10,709 nt of DNA from NCBI GenBank assembly GCA_963677895.2, contig CAXXGJ010000027.1:1-10709 (forward strand). Reading direction: 5' to 3'. Below the pieces are notes generated by a model that did not search any database, had not been told where the DNA came from, and worked only from the letters and a program-made list of their open reading frames with translations. Source of the DNA: Treponemataceae bacterium (GTDB lineage Bacteria > Spirochaetota > Spirochaetia > Treponematales > Rectinemataceae). Position numbers and translations under genes: made by a program. This document shows positions 1 through 7,491 of the stretch, piece by piece (the stretch's first letter is position 1; every line of letters starts with the position of its first letter).

Positions 1-339
1 TCCCACGGTGAGTCAGTCTACCAGTTCCTCAGCGCCGTCCTCCAGCTTTACCTGGAGAAAAATCCCGAGGGCGAGATTCTGCGGAGGCTCATCGCTCTGC
101 TTCGCTCCCCTCTCGAGAAGGCGGGATTTCCCGTACGCGGCGACGATGTCTTCGAAAGGTTCGAAGACATGCTCAACGCGGTGCAGCCGGCCCGGAGACT
201 TCGCGAGTGCGGCATGGTCGAGGACGAGATCGGGAGTTTTGCCGAGAACATCATTCGCACCAAGCAGAGGCTGATCATCGCAAGCTACATACCCTTCGCC
301 GAAGAACACGCGAAGACAATATACAGGCGGAGATATTAA
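1..339 (+). CDS. 3' end of an iron-containing (type III) alcohol dehydrogenase, 4-hydroxybutyrate dehydrogenase-like (5'-truncated by window edge)
   Basis: Frame +1 is open from base 1 to TAA 337-339: SHGESVYQFLSAVLQLYLEKNPEGEIL...LRECGMVEDEIGSFAENIIRTKQRLIIASYIPFAEEHAKTIYRRRY*. The HGE motif and the QRL..../IYRR.Y end resemble the C-terminus of clostridial/Porphyromonas 4-hydroxybutyrate dehydrogenases (recalled pattern HGEANYQFF...KNP.G...EYGM..EE...FAE.V.KTQQRLL.NNYV.L....I..IYRRLY). Not listed in the ORF track. Confidence 0.8.
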   Translation, partial: SHGESVYQFLSAVLQLYLEKNPEGEILRRLIALLRSPLEKAGFPVRGDDVFERFEDMLNAVQPARRLRECGMVEDEIGSFAENIIRTKQRLIIASYIPFAEEHAKTIYRRRY

Positions 340-351
340 TCGGTTAGGACG

Positions 352-378
352 GCAGCGGGACAGGATGCGTCCCGCTGC
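352..378. terminator. GC-rich hairpin between convergent genes, candidate bidirectional terminator or 3' stabiliser
   Basis: Perfect 10-bp inverted repeat GCAGCGGGAC (352-361) / GTCCCGCTGC (369-378) with a 7-nt loop, between the Fe-ADH stop (339) and the SDR stop (395). No clear U-tract on either side. Confidence 0.5.
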
Positions 379-394
379 ACCGCCCGTGCCTTCT

Positions 395-1210
395 TCAATG
401 CATGAAAGTGCCGCCATTCACGAGAAGGGTCTGTCCAGTCGTGAAGGCGCTCGCGTCTGAAACAAGGAAAGCCACGGCCTTGGCAATTTCCCAGGGCGTC
501 CCCATCCTTCTCAAGGGAGACCGCGCCACCATCTCATCCAAGGCAGCCTTGGCGTATTTGGCTGTTTTCGAATCCTGGTCGGCGCTCGATTCCAGCCTTT
601 CCATCCTCGTCGTTTTGGTGAGGCCGGGGGCAACGCAATTCACCCTTATACCGGCTGCTCCAAGTTCGACGGCAAGGCTTCTGGAAAAGGCGACGACACC
701 GCCCTTGCCTGCGCTGTACATCGTCGATCCCGGCAAGCCGGCCGTTACTCCTGCCTCGGACACGATATTCACTATGGCGCCGCTTCCCTGTTTCAGCATG
801 GAAGGCAGCGCTGCCCTTGTGCAGCGGATAGTCCCGTTCAGGATAATGTTGAGCTCAGGGGAAAAATCTTCGTCTTCGTTAAAGTCCTGGAAAAGTTTCC
901 TAGTCGTCGGATCGCCATCCACATACACGATGCCGGCGTTATTGACGAGTATGTCGATCTTTCCGAAGCGTTCGATTGCCTGCGCGACCATCGCCTTTAT
1001 ATCATCCAGACTCGTCACGTCGGTTTTCACCGCCAGCGATCCCACGCCGCAGGAACGGACCATGTCGGCGACTACATGGGCTTCCTCAATGTCCATATCG
1101 CTTACCACCACATCCGAACCTTCGCCCGCTAGGGTAAGCGCGATCGCTTTGCCGATCCCCCTCGCCGCCCCCGTGATCACCGCTACTTTCCCTCTCAGTT
1201 GAAGATCCAT
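395..1210 (-). CDS. Classical short-chain dehydrogenase/reductase (SDR), probably NAD(H)-preferring, 271 aa
   Basis: TGAARGIG Rossmann motif, Asp at the end of beta2 (VVVSD), NNAG, Ser151, YSAGK (YxxxK), RVNCVAPG, TGQTLLVNGG. Start moved from 1291 to ATG 1210 (MDLQLRGKVAV), which has AAGGGA just upstream and avoids overlap with the VOC gene. Confidence 0.92.
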   Translation of the reverse strand: MDLQLRGKVAVITGAARGIGKAIALTLAGEGSDVVVSDMDIEEAHVVADMVRSCGVGSLAVKTDVTSLDDIKAMVAQAIERFGKIDILVNNAGIVYVDGDPTTRKLFQDFNEDEDFSPELNIILNGTIRCTRAALPSMLKQGSGAIVNIVSEAGVTAGLPGSTMYSAGKGGVVAFSRSLAVELGAAGIRVNCVAPGLTKTTRMERLESSADQDSKTAKYAKAALDEMVARSPLRRMGTPWEIAKAVAFLVSDASAFTTGQTLLVNGGTFMH

Positions 1211-1239
1211 ACAGTCCCTTGTCGCGGGAAGCATCCCGC

Positions 1240-1740
1240 CTATTTCTTGTAGTATTCCTTGGCTTTGGGACCGCCCACGACACTTCCGCACTCGAGCATG
1301 ATCCCGAGCTGCTTATTCAAGTTATACATAGCATACAGCTTCCCTTGAATTTCGCCGCTCGTCATCGGGACGATACCCCGCTCATCCATGGCGTGAACGA
1401 ATCCTTCACGGTCCTCGATCTTGACGTTTATATGATGAATCCCTTCGCCCGAGGTATTGAGGAAATCGGAGAAGGGATCCCCGCCCGTCTTGTCGAGCGG
1501 CTCGATAAGCTCGAACTCGAGGTCGCAGATATTGAACTTGGCGATGCGTATCCAGAACTCGGCGGGCTTCCCCATGTAGTTGTTGGTGAAAAGCCCCGAT
1601 CCGGCCAGGTCCTTCGTGCATTTGTAAGTGATCGTACTCTCGTCGATCTCGAAGATCTCCTTCCAATTCTTGATCTTCTCGTCGATGTTGTTGACTACCA
1701 TGCCCACCTGGAATATGCACTCAATCTTAGCCTTCTTCAT
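1240..1740 (-). CDS. VOC (glyoxalase / methylmalonyl-CoA epimerase-like) family protein, about 166 aa
   Basis: FQVGMVV, EFELIEP, GEGIHHI and MLE motifs give the Q/E/H/E metal-ligand pattern of the VOC fold. AAGGAG lies 10 nt before ATG 1740 and only 1 nt before the alternative ATG 1749. Confidence 0.85.
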   Translation of the reverse strand: MKKAKIECIFQVGMVVNNIDEKIKNWKEIFEIDESTITYKCTKDLAGSGLFTNNYMGKPAEFWIRIAKFNICDLEFELIEPLDKTGGDPFSDFLNTSGEGIHHINVKIEDREGFVHAMDERGIVPMTSGEIQGKLYAMYNLNKQLGIMLECGSVVGGPKAKEYYKK

Positions 1741-1754
1741 GATCTGCATTCTCC

Positions 1755-3053
1755 TTACTTAGCCAGGTTCGGCAGGAACATCACTACTATAGGGAACAGG
1801 AGCAATAAAAGGACGTGGAGAAAATCGGAACCGAGGAAGGGCCACAGGTTCTTGAACACCTTGCCCTGCGGGACCTTGGCCATCCCCGAGACAACCATCG
1901 CGCTCAAGCCCAAAGGCGGGGAAATGCCGCCGATCGTGATCATCCTGCAGCAGATGATTCCGAACCATATGAGATCGTAGCCCTGCGAAACGACGATTGG
2001 CGCCAGAATCGGGACGGTAGTCCACAGCATGGCGTTTTCGTCCATCGCCGTGCCGAGAATGATGTACAGGAGTATGATGAAGCCCATGATCGCTATGGGC
2101 GGCACATTCATCCTTCCTACTAAGTTTGCGAGTTCGGTTGGAATGTTGGTCGCGGCGAAGAAGCTTGTCAGCAACTTGGCGCCTATCAACATTGCGTAGA
2201 TCATCCCTGTCATCTTTATAGTCGATTTCAGGGCTTCGAAAATCTTGGACAAGTTCAGCCTTCTGCGCAGGAGGGGGATAACAAGTGCTCCAAAAGCACC
2301 CGCCGCTCCGCCCTCGGTTGGCGTGAACCAGCCGACGGTGAGGCCCACCAGAACAAGAGCGAAGAGCAGCCAGACTTCGAAACTCACGCCGAAGGACTTG
2401 AACCGGTCGATCAGGGAAAACTTTGGTCCCCGAGGACCCTTCTCCGGATGCCGGGCGCAGATGATCCTGATCGTAATTATATAGAAAACCGCCTGCAGAA
2501 TCCCTGGGATGTAGCCTGCCAGAAAAAGCTTCGCGATGGATGTCTGCGTAACGATCCCATACATGATCAGCATGGCGCTGGGGGGAATCAGAAGCCCCAG
2601 AGTACCGCCGGCGGCGAGGCTGGCAGTGGCCAATCCGTCATCGTAGTTTGCTTTCTTCATCTCCGGTAAAGCCACGAGTCCGATCGTGGAGGTTGTGGCG
2701 ATGACTGAGGCGCTTACAGTGCCGAAAGCCGCGCACCCGCCGATAGTCGCCATGGAGAGACCGCCGGGCAGATGGCCAAGCCATGCCCGCGCCGTATAGT
2801 AGAGCTTTTCGCCCATGCCCGAAACAAAAAGCAGGTTTGCCATCAGCAGAAACATGGGCAAGGCGGCAAGATCGTAGCTTGTTAGCATATCGAATGGCAC
2901 AGCCCCGGCCTTCACCAGCGCAGCGGGCAAGCCAAGGAGGAACCAGAGCCCCCCGAGCGAGACAACGATCATGTTTATGACGAGCGGCAGCCCCGCGGCA
3001 AGAAATATGCAGAAGACCGTCATTCCGAGAATGCCAACTTCAATTGGGCTCAT
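1755..3053 (-). CDS. dctM: TRAP transporter large permease subunit, 432 aa
   Basis: Very hydrophobic, with LAALPMFLLM, GHLPGGL, AAGGTLGLLIPPS, FTPTEGGA and ISPPLG motifs. The start is ATG 3053 (MSPIEVG), with an AAGGAG RBS and an ATGA overlap with the dctQ stop. Confidence 0.95.
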   Translation of the reverse strand: MSPIEVGILGMTVFCIFLAAGLPLVINMIVVSLGGLWFLLGLPAALVKAGAVPFDMLTSYDLAALPMFLLMANLLFVSGMGEKLYYTARAWLGHLPGGLSMATIGGCAAFGTVSASVIATTSTIGLVALPEMKKANYDDGLATASLAAGGTLGLLIPPSAMLIMYGIVTQTSIAKLFLAGYIPGILQAVFYIITIRIICARHPEKGPRGPKFSLIDRFKSFGVSFEVWLLFALVLVGLTVGWFTPTEGGAAGAFGALVIPLLRRRLNLSKIFEALKSTIKMTGMIYAMLIGAKLLTSFFAATNIPTELANLVGRMNVPPIAIMGFIILLYIILGTAMDENAMLWTTVPILAPIVVSQGYDLIWFGIICCRMITIGGISPPLGLSAMVVSGMAKVPQGKVFKNLWPFLGSDFLHVLLLLLFPIVVMFLPNLAK

Positions 3054-3610
3054 TTTTTCCACTCCTTCTTGATGGCCGTCCAGGCTTTGCTGGCCACGAT
3101 CATTGTCCAGAGGAAGATGCCGACAACAAAAAGAGCCCTGAACGGAACATAATTGATTCTCAGTGTCGATGAGAACTCGCCCATCATGAAGCTGTCTATC
3201 GCCTGTGACGCCGCGCTCCAGACGAGTACGCCGAGAACAGCGATATACAAAAGCTGATTGAACGTGAAGATGATGATCCGCGGTAATTTCGGGAACCTGC
3301 TGACGATGCCATCCGTCGCGATGTGACCGGCACACCTCTCCGTGTAGCTGAAAGCGAAGGTGACGGCCAGTATCATGCACACCTCCGTAATCTCGAAGAG
3401 ACCTATGATCACTCGGCCTGTTATAGTCCGGCGGATGACATTGGTGGATATGAGGAGCACGCCCGCGGACAGGAATACGCCGGAGATTATCGCACCCCAT
3501 TCAGCGAGCTTGTACAGAAAGAGAGTAAAGGGATTCCCCTCCTTGTCATTCTGCAGGCCCTCGTACTTGTCAATTATTTCCAAGATATCTTTCTGCTCAG
3601 GTACTTCCAT
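3050..3610 (-). CDS. dctQ: TRAP transporter small permease subunit, 186 aa
   Basis: Four hydrophobic segments, NVIRR...GLFEITE and GHIATD motifs typical of DctQ, GGAGG RBS, position between dctP and dctM. Confidence 0.9.
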   Translation of the reverse strand: MEVPEQKDILEIIDKYEGLQNDKEGNPFTLFLYKLAEWGAIISGVFLSAGVLLISTNVIRRTITGRVIIGLFEITEVCMILAVTFAFSYTERCAGHIATDGIVSRFPKLPRIIIFTFNQLLYIAVLGVLVWSAASQAIDSFMMGEFSSTLRINYVPFRALFVVGIFLWTMIVASKAWTAIKKEWKK

Positions 3611-3646
3611 ATAACCTCCAGGCGAAACTGTTTCCCTTAACGCAAA

Positions 3647-3687
3647 CCTTCATTGCGCTACACCCGATGAAGGCGCCGCAATGAAGG
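3647..3687 (-). terminator. Stem-loop between dctP and dctQ (mRNA stabiliser or partial terminator)
   Basis: Perfect 11-bp inverted repeat CCTTCATTGCG (3647-3657) / CGCAATGAAGG (3677-3687), 13 nt after the dctP stop. Such hairpins are common after solute-binding-protein genes. Confidence 0.55.
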
Positions 3688-3700
3688 CTAACACATTGTA

Positions 3701-4813
3701 TTACTGGTACCTGAATTCCTTCCACACATCCTCGTACGAAAGATTCTTGTCATTGTACTGATCGATAAGTTCCTTAAGCTGTTTCTGTATCTTGGTTCCC
3801 GGCAAGCCCATGGAATCGAGCCGCTTCGCCGCGACATCGCCGATGGGAGCCCACAGCGCGTCCCACTTCGCCTTTTCCTGGGGCAGAAGCGGCACGGTGA
3901 CGATTCCGGCCTTCTTCGCGAATTCCTCTCCCTGCTTGGTAGTGATCATCATCTGTTCCAGGGCGAACTTGTTCCACTGCTCGTAGCTGTCGACGATGAG
4001 CTTCTTCAGGTCTGCGGGCAATTTGTTGAAGGAATTCTTGTTCCACATGCGGTTGGTGCTCGCGGTGACGGGCGGACCGTAGATGTTCTGGTACTTCACG
4101 ACTTCGGAGAACCTGAACGAATAGATAGCCTCATAGGGGCAGATGAGTCCCTGTACGATGTTTTTCTGCAGTTGCAGGTATGCTTCGCCCATGGGCACGA
4201 CGACGGGCTGGGCGCCGGCGGCCTTGAGAACGTCCACGCTCGCGACTGAAGTCCTGATGCTCAGACCTTTCAGGTCATCCAATACATTGATCGGTTTCTT
4301 CGTGGTCCAGAGGAAGAAAGGCTGAGCCATTTCATGCACCTGGATCGGGATCGTGTTCGCGGGATATTCGGCCTGGAGTTCGGGGCTGGACCAGAAGAAT
4401 TTATTGTGGATGAGGAGAGCGGCTGGCGTATTGTTGACGCCCGCCATCATGTTTCGCTCGTCCCTGAAAATAGCGAAGCCTGTTTTCCCGTTACCTGGAT
4501 CGGTGTAGCCGAGGTCGGCCACGCCGCGAGCGATCTCCATAGGGCCATTGTCGGTGCTGATCAGCGTGCCGCCCCAGTATCGCTGGAACTTGATGCGGCC
4601 ATTGGATTGCTTCTCCACGTAGTTCATCCACAGTTCGTCCGCCGCGGCATAGGGATGCGGTGGTGTATTGATGGACGCGAACTTGAGAGTGATCACGTCC
4701 GCGGCGAAAACTGAAACCACCGGAAGCATCATCAGAGCCAGCATCATGAGCAAGGCTGGGATGCCCCTGCGCCCGAAAGTGTTTCGGACCTTGGATCGAC
4801 TAGAATTCCTCAT
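3701..4813 (-). CDS. dctP: TRAP transporter periplasmic solute-binding protein, 370 aa
   Basis: Basic N-terminus, hydrophobic core and VFA|AD signal-peptidase-I-like site. ITLKFA, GRIKF..YWGGTL, DDLKGLSIR (conserved Arg187) and MGEAYLQLQKNIVQG motifs. AAGGAG RBS. Confidence 0.93.
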   Translation of the reverse strand: MRNSSRSKVRNTFGRRGIPALLMMLALMMLPVVSVFAADVITLKFASINTPPHPYAAADELWMNYVEKQSNGRIKFQRYWGGTLISTDNGPMEIARGVADLGYTDPGNGKTGFAIFRDERNMMAGVNNTPAALLIHNKFFWSSPELQAEYPANTIPIQVHEMAQPFFLWTTKKPINVLDDLKGLSIRTSVASVDVLKAAGAQPVVVPMGEAYLQLQKNIVQGLICPYEAIYSFRFSEVVKYQNIYGPPVTASTNRMWNKNSFNKLPADLKKLIVDSYEQWNKFALEQMMITTKQGEEFAKKAGIVTVPLLPQEKAKWDALWAPIGDVAAKRLDSMGLPGTKIQKQLKELIDQYNDKNLSYEDVWKEFRYQ

Positions 4814-4922
4814 CTTCTCCCTCCTTAGTACCTGAAATGCGGAGGCATTCCTACGAATGCCCCGGGATCAACCGCGGCAGAATGCCGCATATCGCACTCA
4901 CAATGGATCATCCATCCGCCGA

Positions 4923-5972
4923 TTACTCGTTGGGGTGGATTATCACCTTCACCGCTGTCTTGTCCGACTTGTTGACCTCGAGGGCCTTGAAATACTCATC
5001 GAGGGGAAACACGTGCGAAACCATGTTGTCGAGCCTGACCTTCCTGTTCGCGATGTACTCGATCGCCTCCGGAAAGCAATAGGTCTGGGCGGAGCAGGAA
5101 ATATACTGCTGCTCCCTGTAGTGAAGCTGGTTGAGCATCCCCGACGTGATGTCGAGGGTTTCGGCGGAGTGGAAGCTGCCGTACTGCAGGTACCTGCCGC
5201 CCTTGCGAAGGAATTTGAACAGACTTTTCACCATCGGCCAGGACCCGGCCGAATCGATTACGGCGTCGACGCCGTGGGGGAACATTCGCGCGATGGCCGC
5301 CTCATGCACGGAGTCGTCGTTTCGCGATGCCAGGATCGTCGGCACCCCATATGCCTTTAGCCAGTCGAGCCTGTCCTGCCTGAGGCCGATAGCCGCCACT
5401 TTTTCGGCGTCGGAGAAATGCGCCAATTGGGAGAGTATGAGCCCGTGCGGCCCCATGCCGGTGACGAGGATGTTTTCGCCAAGCTTTGGCTTCAGGAGCT
5501 TCATCGCGTGGACTGCGCAGGCGACAGGCTCGGTGATGGTAGCGTCATCGAAGGAGATTTGGTCCGGTATCTCGAAAACCTTCGATTTGTCGACGACGAC
5601 ATACTGCGCGAAACCGCCATTGATGTTGTGCCCGAGGGAGCCGAAGTTCTCGCAATAGAGCGAGTTGTCATGCTGGCATTCGTAGCAGTCGCCGCAGAGC
5701 ACGGTGTTGTCCGCCGTGACCCGATCCCCTTTCCTCGCCTTTGTGACATTCTTCCCAATCTCCTCGACATAGCCTGCGAACTCGTGCCCGGGCACGACCG
5801 GGTATTTTGCCAGGCCAGTACCTGTCGTGTCGTGGCCGATCTCGGCCCACTTGCAGATGCCCGCGGCCATCACCTTTATGATGACCTGATCGTCCCCGCA
5901 GGCAGGGTAAGCGATAGTGCGGATGCTTCCCTTGCCGGGAGCGTCATAGACCAAAGCTTTTATCTCTCTCAT
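4923..5972 (-). CDS. Zn-dependent medium-chain dehydrogenase (threonine/sorbitol/arabitol dehydrogenase-like polyol dehydrogenase), 349 aa
   Basis: Catalytic-Zn Cys40 and GHE (His63, Glu64), structural-Zn C93/C96/C99/C107, GGFAQY, EPVAC, GMGPHG nucleotide-binding motif, C-terminal KVIIHP. GAGGAG RBS. Confidence 0.92.
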   Translation of the reverse strand: MREIKALVYDAPGKGSIRTIAYPACGDDQVIIKVMAAGICKWAEIGHDTTGTGLAKYPVVPGHEFAGYVEEIGKNVTKARKGDRVTADNTVLCGDCYECQHDNSLYCENFGSLGHNINGGFAQYVVVDKSKVFEIPDQISFDDATITEPVACAVHAMKLLKPKLGENILVTGMGPHGLILSQLAHFSDAEKVAAIGLRQDRLDWLKAYGVPTILASRNDDSVHEAAIARMFPHGVDAVIDSAGSWPMVKSLFKFLRKGGRYLQYGSFHSAETLDITSGMLNQLHYREQQYISCSAQTYCFPEAIEYIANRKVRLDNMVSHVFPLDEYFKALEVNKSDKTAVKVIIHPNE

Positions 5973-6007
5973 AATTTCGACTCCTCTACGATCATCAACG
6001 TCGCGGT

Positions 6008-6457
6008 CTAGGCAAGCCTTTCGAGTTCTTCCTCTGGTATGTCGTATCGTTCGGCCCGAGACAGGTTACCGGAGGCAGACACGAGAAGCATATTGGAACA
6101 AGGCGTATCCTCTCCCGTCCGGATAAAAAATTTAGCCTTAGCGGCAAGGGCTCGGAATTCTTCGAAATTCGTATAGGCGAAGTCCTGACGCTTAAAGACA
6201 GCCTTCACAAGGGTATCGAGCGCCGGGTTTGCCGTCGGCGCGGCGTCCATGAGCGTTATGCCCTGCACGATGACTTCGCGGCACACGGCCTTGAGCGTCT
6301 GAAGAAAAGTTGGGATCCCTCGAGTGAGCGTGAGGTCGATAGTATGTGCGTCATTGGGGATCGGGAAACCTATATCGCAGATGACGAATGCGTCGAAATG
6401 CCCCAGGCGAGTCAATTCATACGCTAATTCCGCGTTCAGGATGCCTTGCTTTTTCAT
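6008..6457 (-). CDS. rbsD: RbsD/FucU family sugar mutarotase (D-ribose pyranase-like), 149 aa
   Basis: MKKQGILN..L...LGH.D...ICD.GFPIP, IDLTLTRGIP and IRTGEDTP.SN are RbsD signature motifs. Start moved to ATG 6457, which gives the canonical RbsD N-terminus. Confidence 0.88.
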   Translation of the reverse strand: MKKQGILNAELAYELTRLGHFDAFVICDIGFPIPNDAHTIDLTLTRGIPTFLQTLKAVCREVIVQGITLMDAAPTANPALDTLVKAVFKRQDFAYTNFEEFRALAAKAKFFIRTGEDTPCSNMLLVSASGNLSRAERYDIPEEELERLA

Positions 6458-6560
6458 ATCGCGCCATCCCCCCATTGAAGGGATGTAGATACGCGATTGC
6501 GCAGAGTATCGCGCGCTTCTTCGGCCCGGAGACGGATCTTTCGTACCGGGCAATATCCAA

Positions 6561-7310
6561 TTAGGGTTCCGCTATTGTTATCTCTACTCCCGCGGCTTTG
6601 AGATTGGCGAGCAGCATCTTGTCCACGATAGGGCGCGAAGTGATAAGTTGATGTATTTGGTTGAAAGTGGCGAAGAGCACGACCGCCGAAGTGCTGAACT
6701 TGCTCGAGTCGCAGACTAGCACGACGCGTTTCGCTGATTTTATCATAGCCTTTTTTATGCTTGCTGTAAAAGGCGATACGCAGGTGAGCCCATTGCGAGG
6801 ATCGAATCCCGTCGTGCATAGAAACAAGGTTGAAGCCTGGATATTGCTGAGGAAATACTCCGCATCCGGACCGATTATTGTCTGCTGATGGCCGATCAGC
6901 ACGCCACCCGTAATGATGGTCGTCACATCGGTGATCGCGAAGGTATTGGCTATCGCCAAAGAATTTGTAATTACCGTCAAGTTCTTCTTGTTTACGAGCT
7001 GGTTTGCCAGCGAAAGCGTCGTCGTGCCAGAGTCCAGAATGATCGACATGCCATCCTCGACGAGTTTGGCCGCGCACTTCGCTATCGCCAGTTTTTCGTT
7101 CGAGAACATGGTGTTTCTTGTGGGGAAAGGATTTACGATCTTCGCGGCCCCATGCGTGCGCATTATTGCGCCCGCTTTCTCCAAGTACGAAAGATCCCTC
7201 CGAATCGTGGCCGGAGTCACATTGAAGCGCTTGATAATGTCTTCTACTCGCATCGAGGTTTCGAAGCTTAATATCTTGATGATTTCTTGACGTCGCAGTT
7301 CGATACGCAA
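6561..7310 (-). CDS. DeoR/GlpR family transcriptional regulator, 249 aa
   Basis: RRQEI...FNVTPATIRRDL..LE HTH, RTHGAA, EKLAIA, LDSGTT, ITNSL, TGG and DSSKF motifs. TTG start with GGGAG RBS. Confidence 0.95.
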   Translation of the reverse strand: MRIELRRQEIIKILSFETSMRVEDIIKRFNVTPATIRRDLSYLEKAGAIMRTHGAAKIVNPFPTRNTMFSNEKLAIAKCAAKLVEDGMSIILDSGTTTLSLANQLVNKKNLTVITNSLAIANTFAITDVTTIITGGVLIGHQQTIIGPDAEYFLSNIQASTLFLCTTGFDPRNGLTCVSPFTASIKKAMIKSAKRVVLVCDSSKFSTSAVVLFATFNQIHQLITSRPIVDKMLLANLKAAGVEITIAEP

Positions 7311-7349
7311 ATCTGTTACTCCCTGTATATTGCGATGTACAGACTGTAA

Positions 7350-7378
7350 ATACTACCATCACAAGCTCCAAATGACAA
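7350..7378 (-). promoter_or_regulatory. Putative sigma70 promoter for the deoR-rbsD-MDR-TRAP run
   Basis: Minus strand TTGTCA (7378-7373), 17-nt spacer, TAGTAT (7355-7350) preceded by TGn (extended -10), about 40 nt upstream of the TTG start. Confidence 0.55.
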
Positions 7379-7416
7379 TCATATGAAAACCATGTCCTAT
7401 CATTTCACGTTAATCT

Positions 7417-7444
7417 AAAAAAACGAACACGCGGCGTCCTTTCG
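7417..7444 (-). terminator. Weak candidate intrinsic terminator after the rpiB-like gene
   Basis: Minus strand CGAA-AGG-ACG-CCG-CGT-G-TTCG followed by a T7 tract. The stem is imperfect. Confidence 0.3.
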
Positions 7445-7491
7445 AAGAAAATCCCCGGTCCGTATAGCCCAGATCGATTAGGCAGATATGG

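Noticed and set aside
8..417. ORFs 8-274 (+), 13-417 (-) and 48-278 (-)
   Set aside because: All overlap the frame +1 Fe-ADH C-terminus, which has clear family resemblance.
402..1980. Long plus-strand ORFs 402-1202 and 1219-1980
   Set aside because: Antisense shadows of the SDR, VOC and dctM genes, with no motifs. Such ORFs are expected in GC-rich coding DNA.
3054..3500. 149-aa N-terminal extension of DctM (581-aa ORF), suggesting a fusion or overlapping gene
   Set aside because: It is an off-frame reading of dctQ with no recognisable features. A good RBS and ATGA coupling support the start at 3053.
4760..4813. Tat signal in DctP (TFGRRGI)
   Set aside because: It does not match S/T-R-R-x-F-L-K well, so a Sec signal peptide is more likely.
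6454..7371. 305-aa minus-strand ORF overlapping deoR
   Set aside because: Alternative frame of a clearly recognisable DeoR gene. The composition is atypical and no domain is recognisable.
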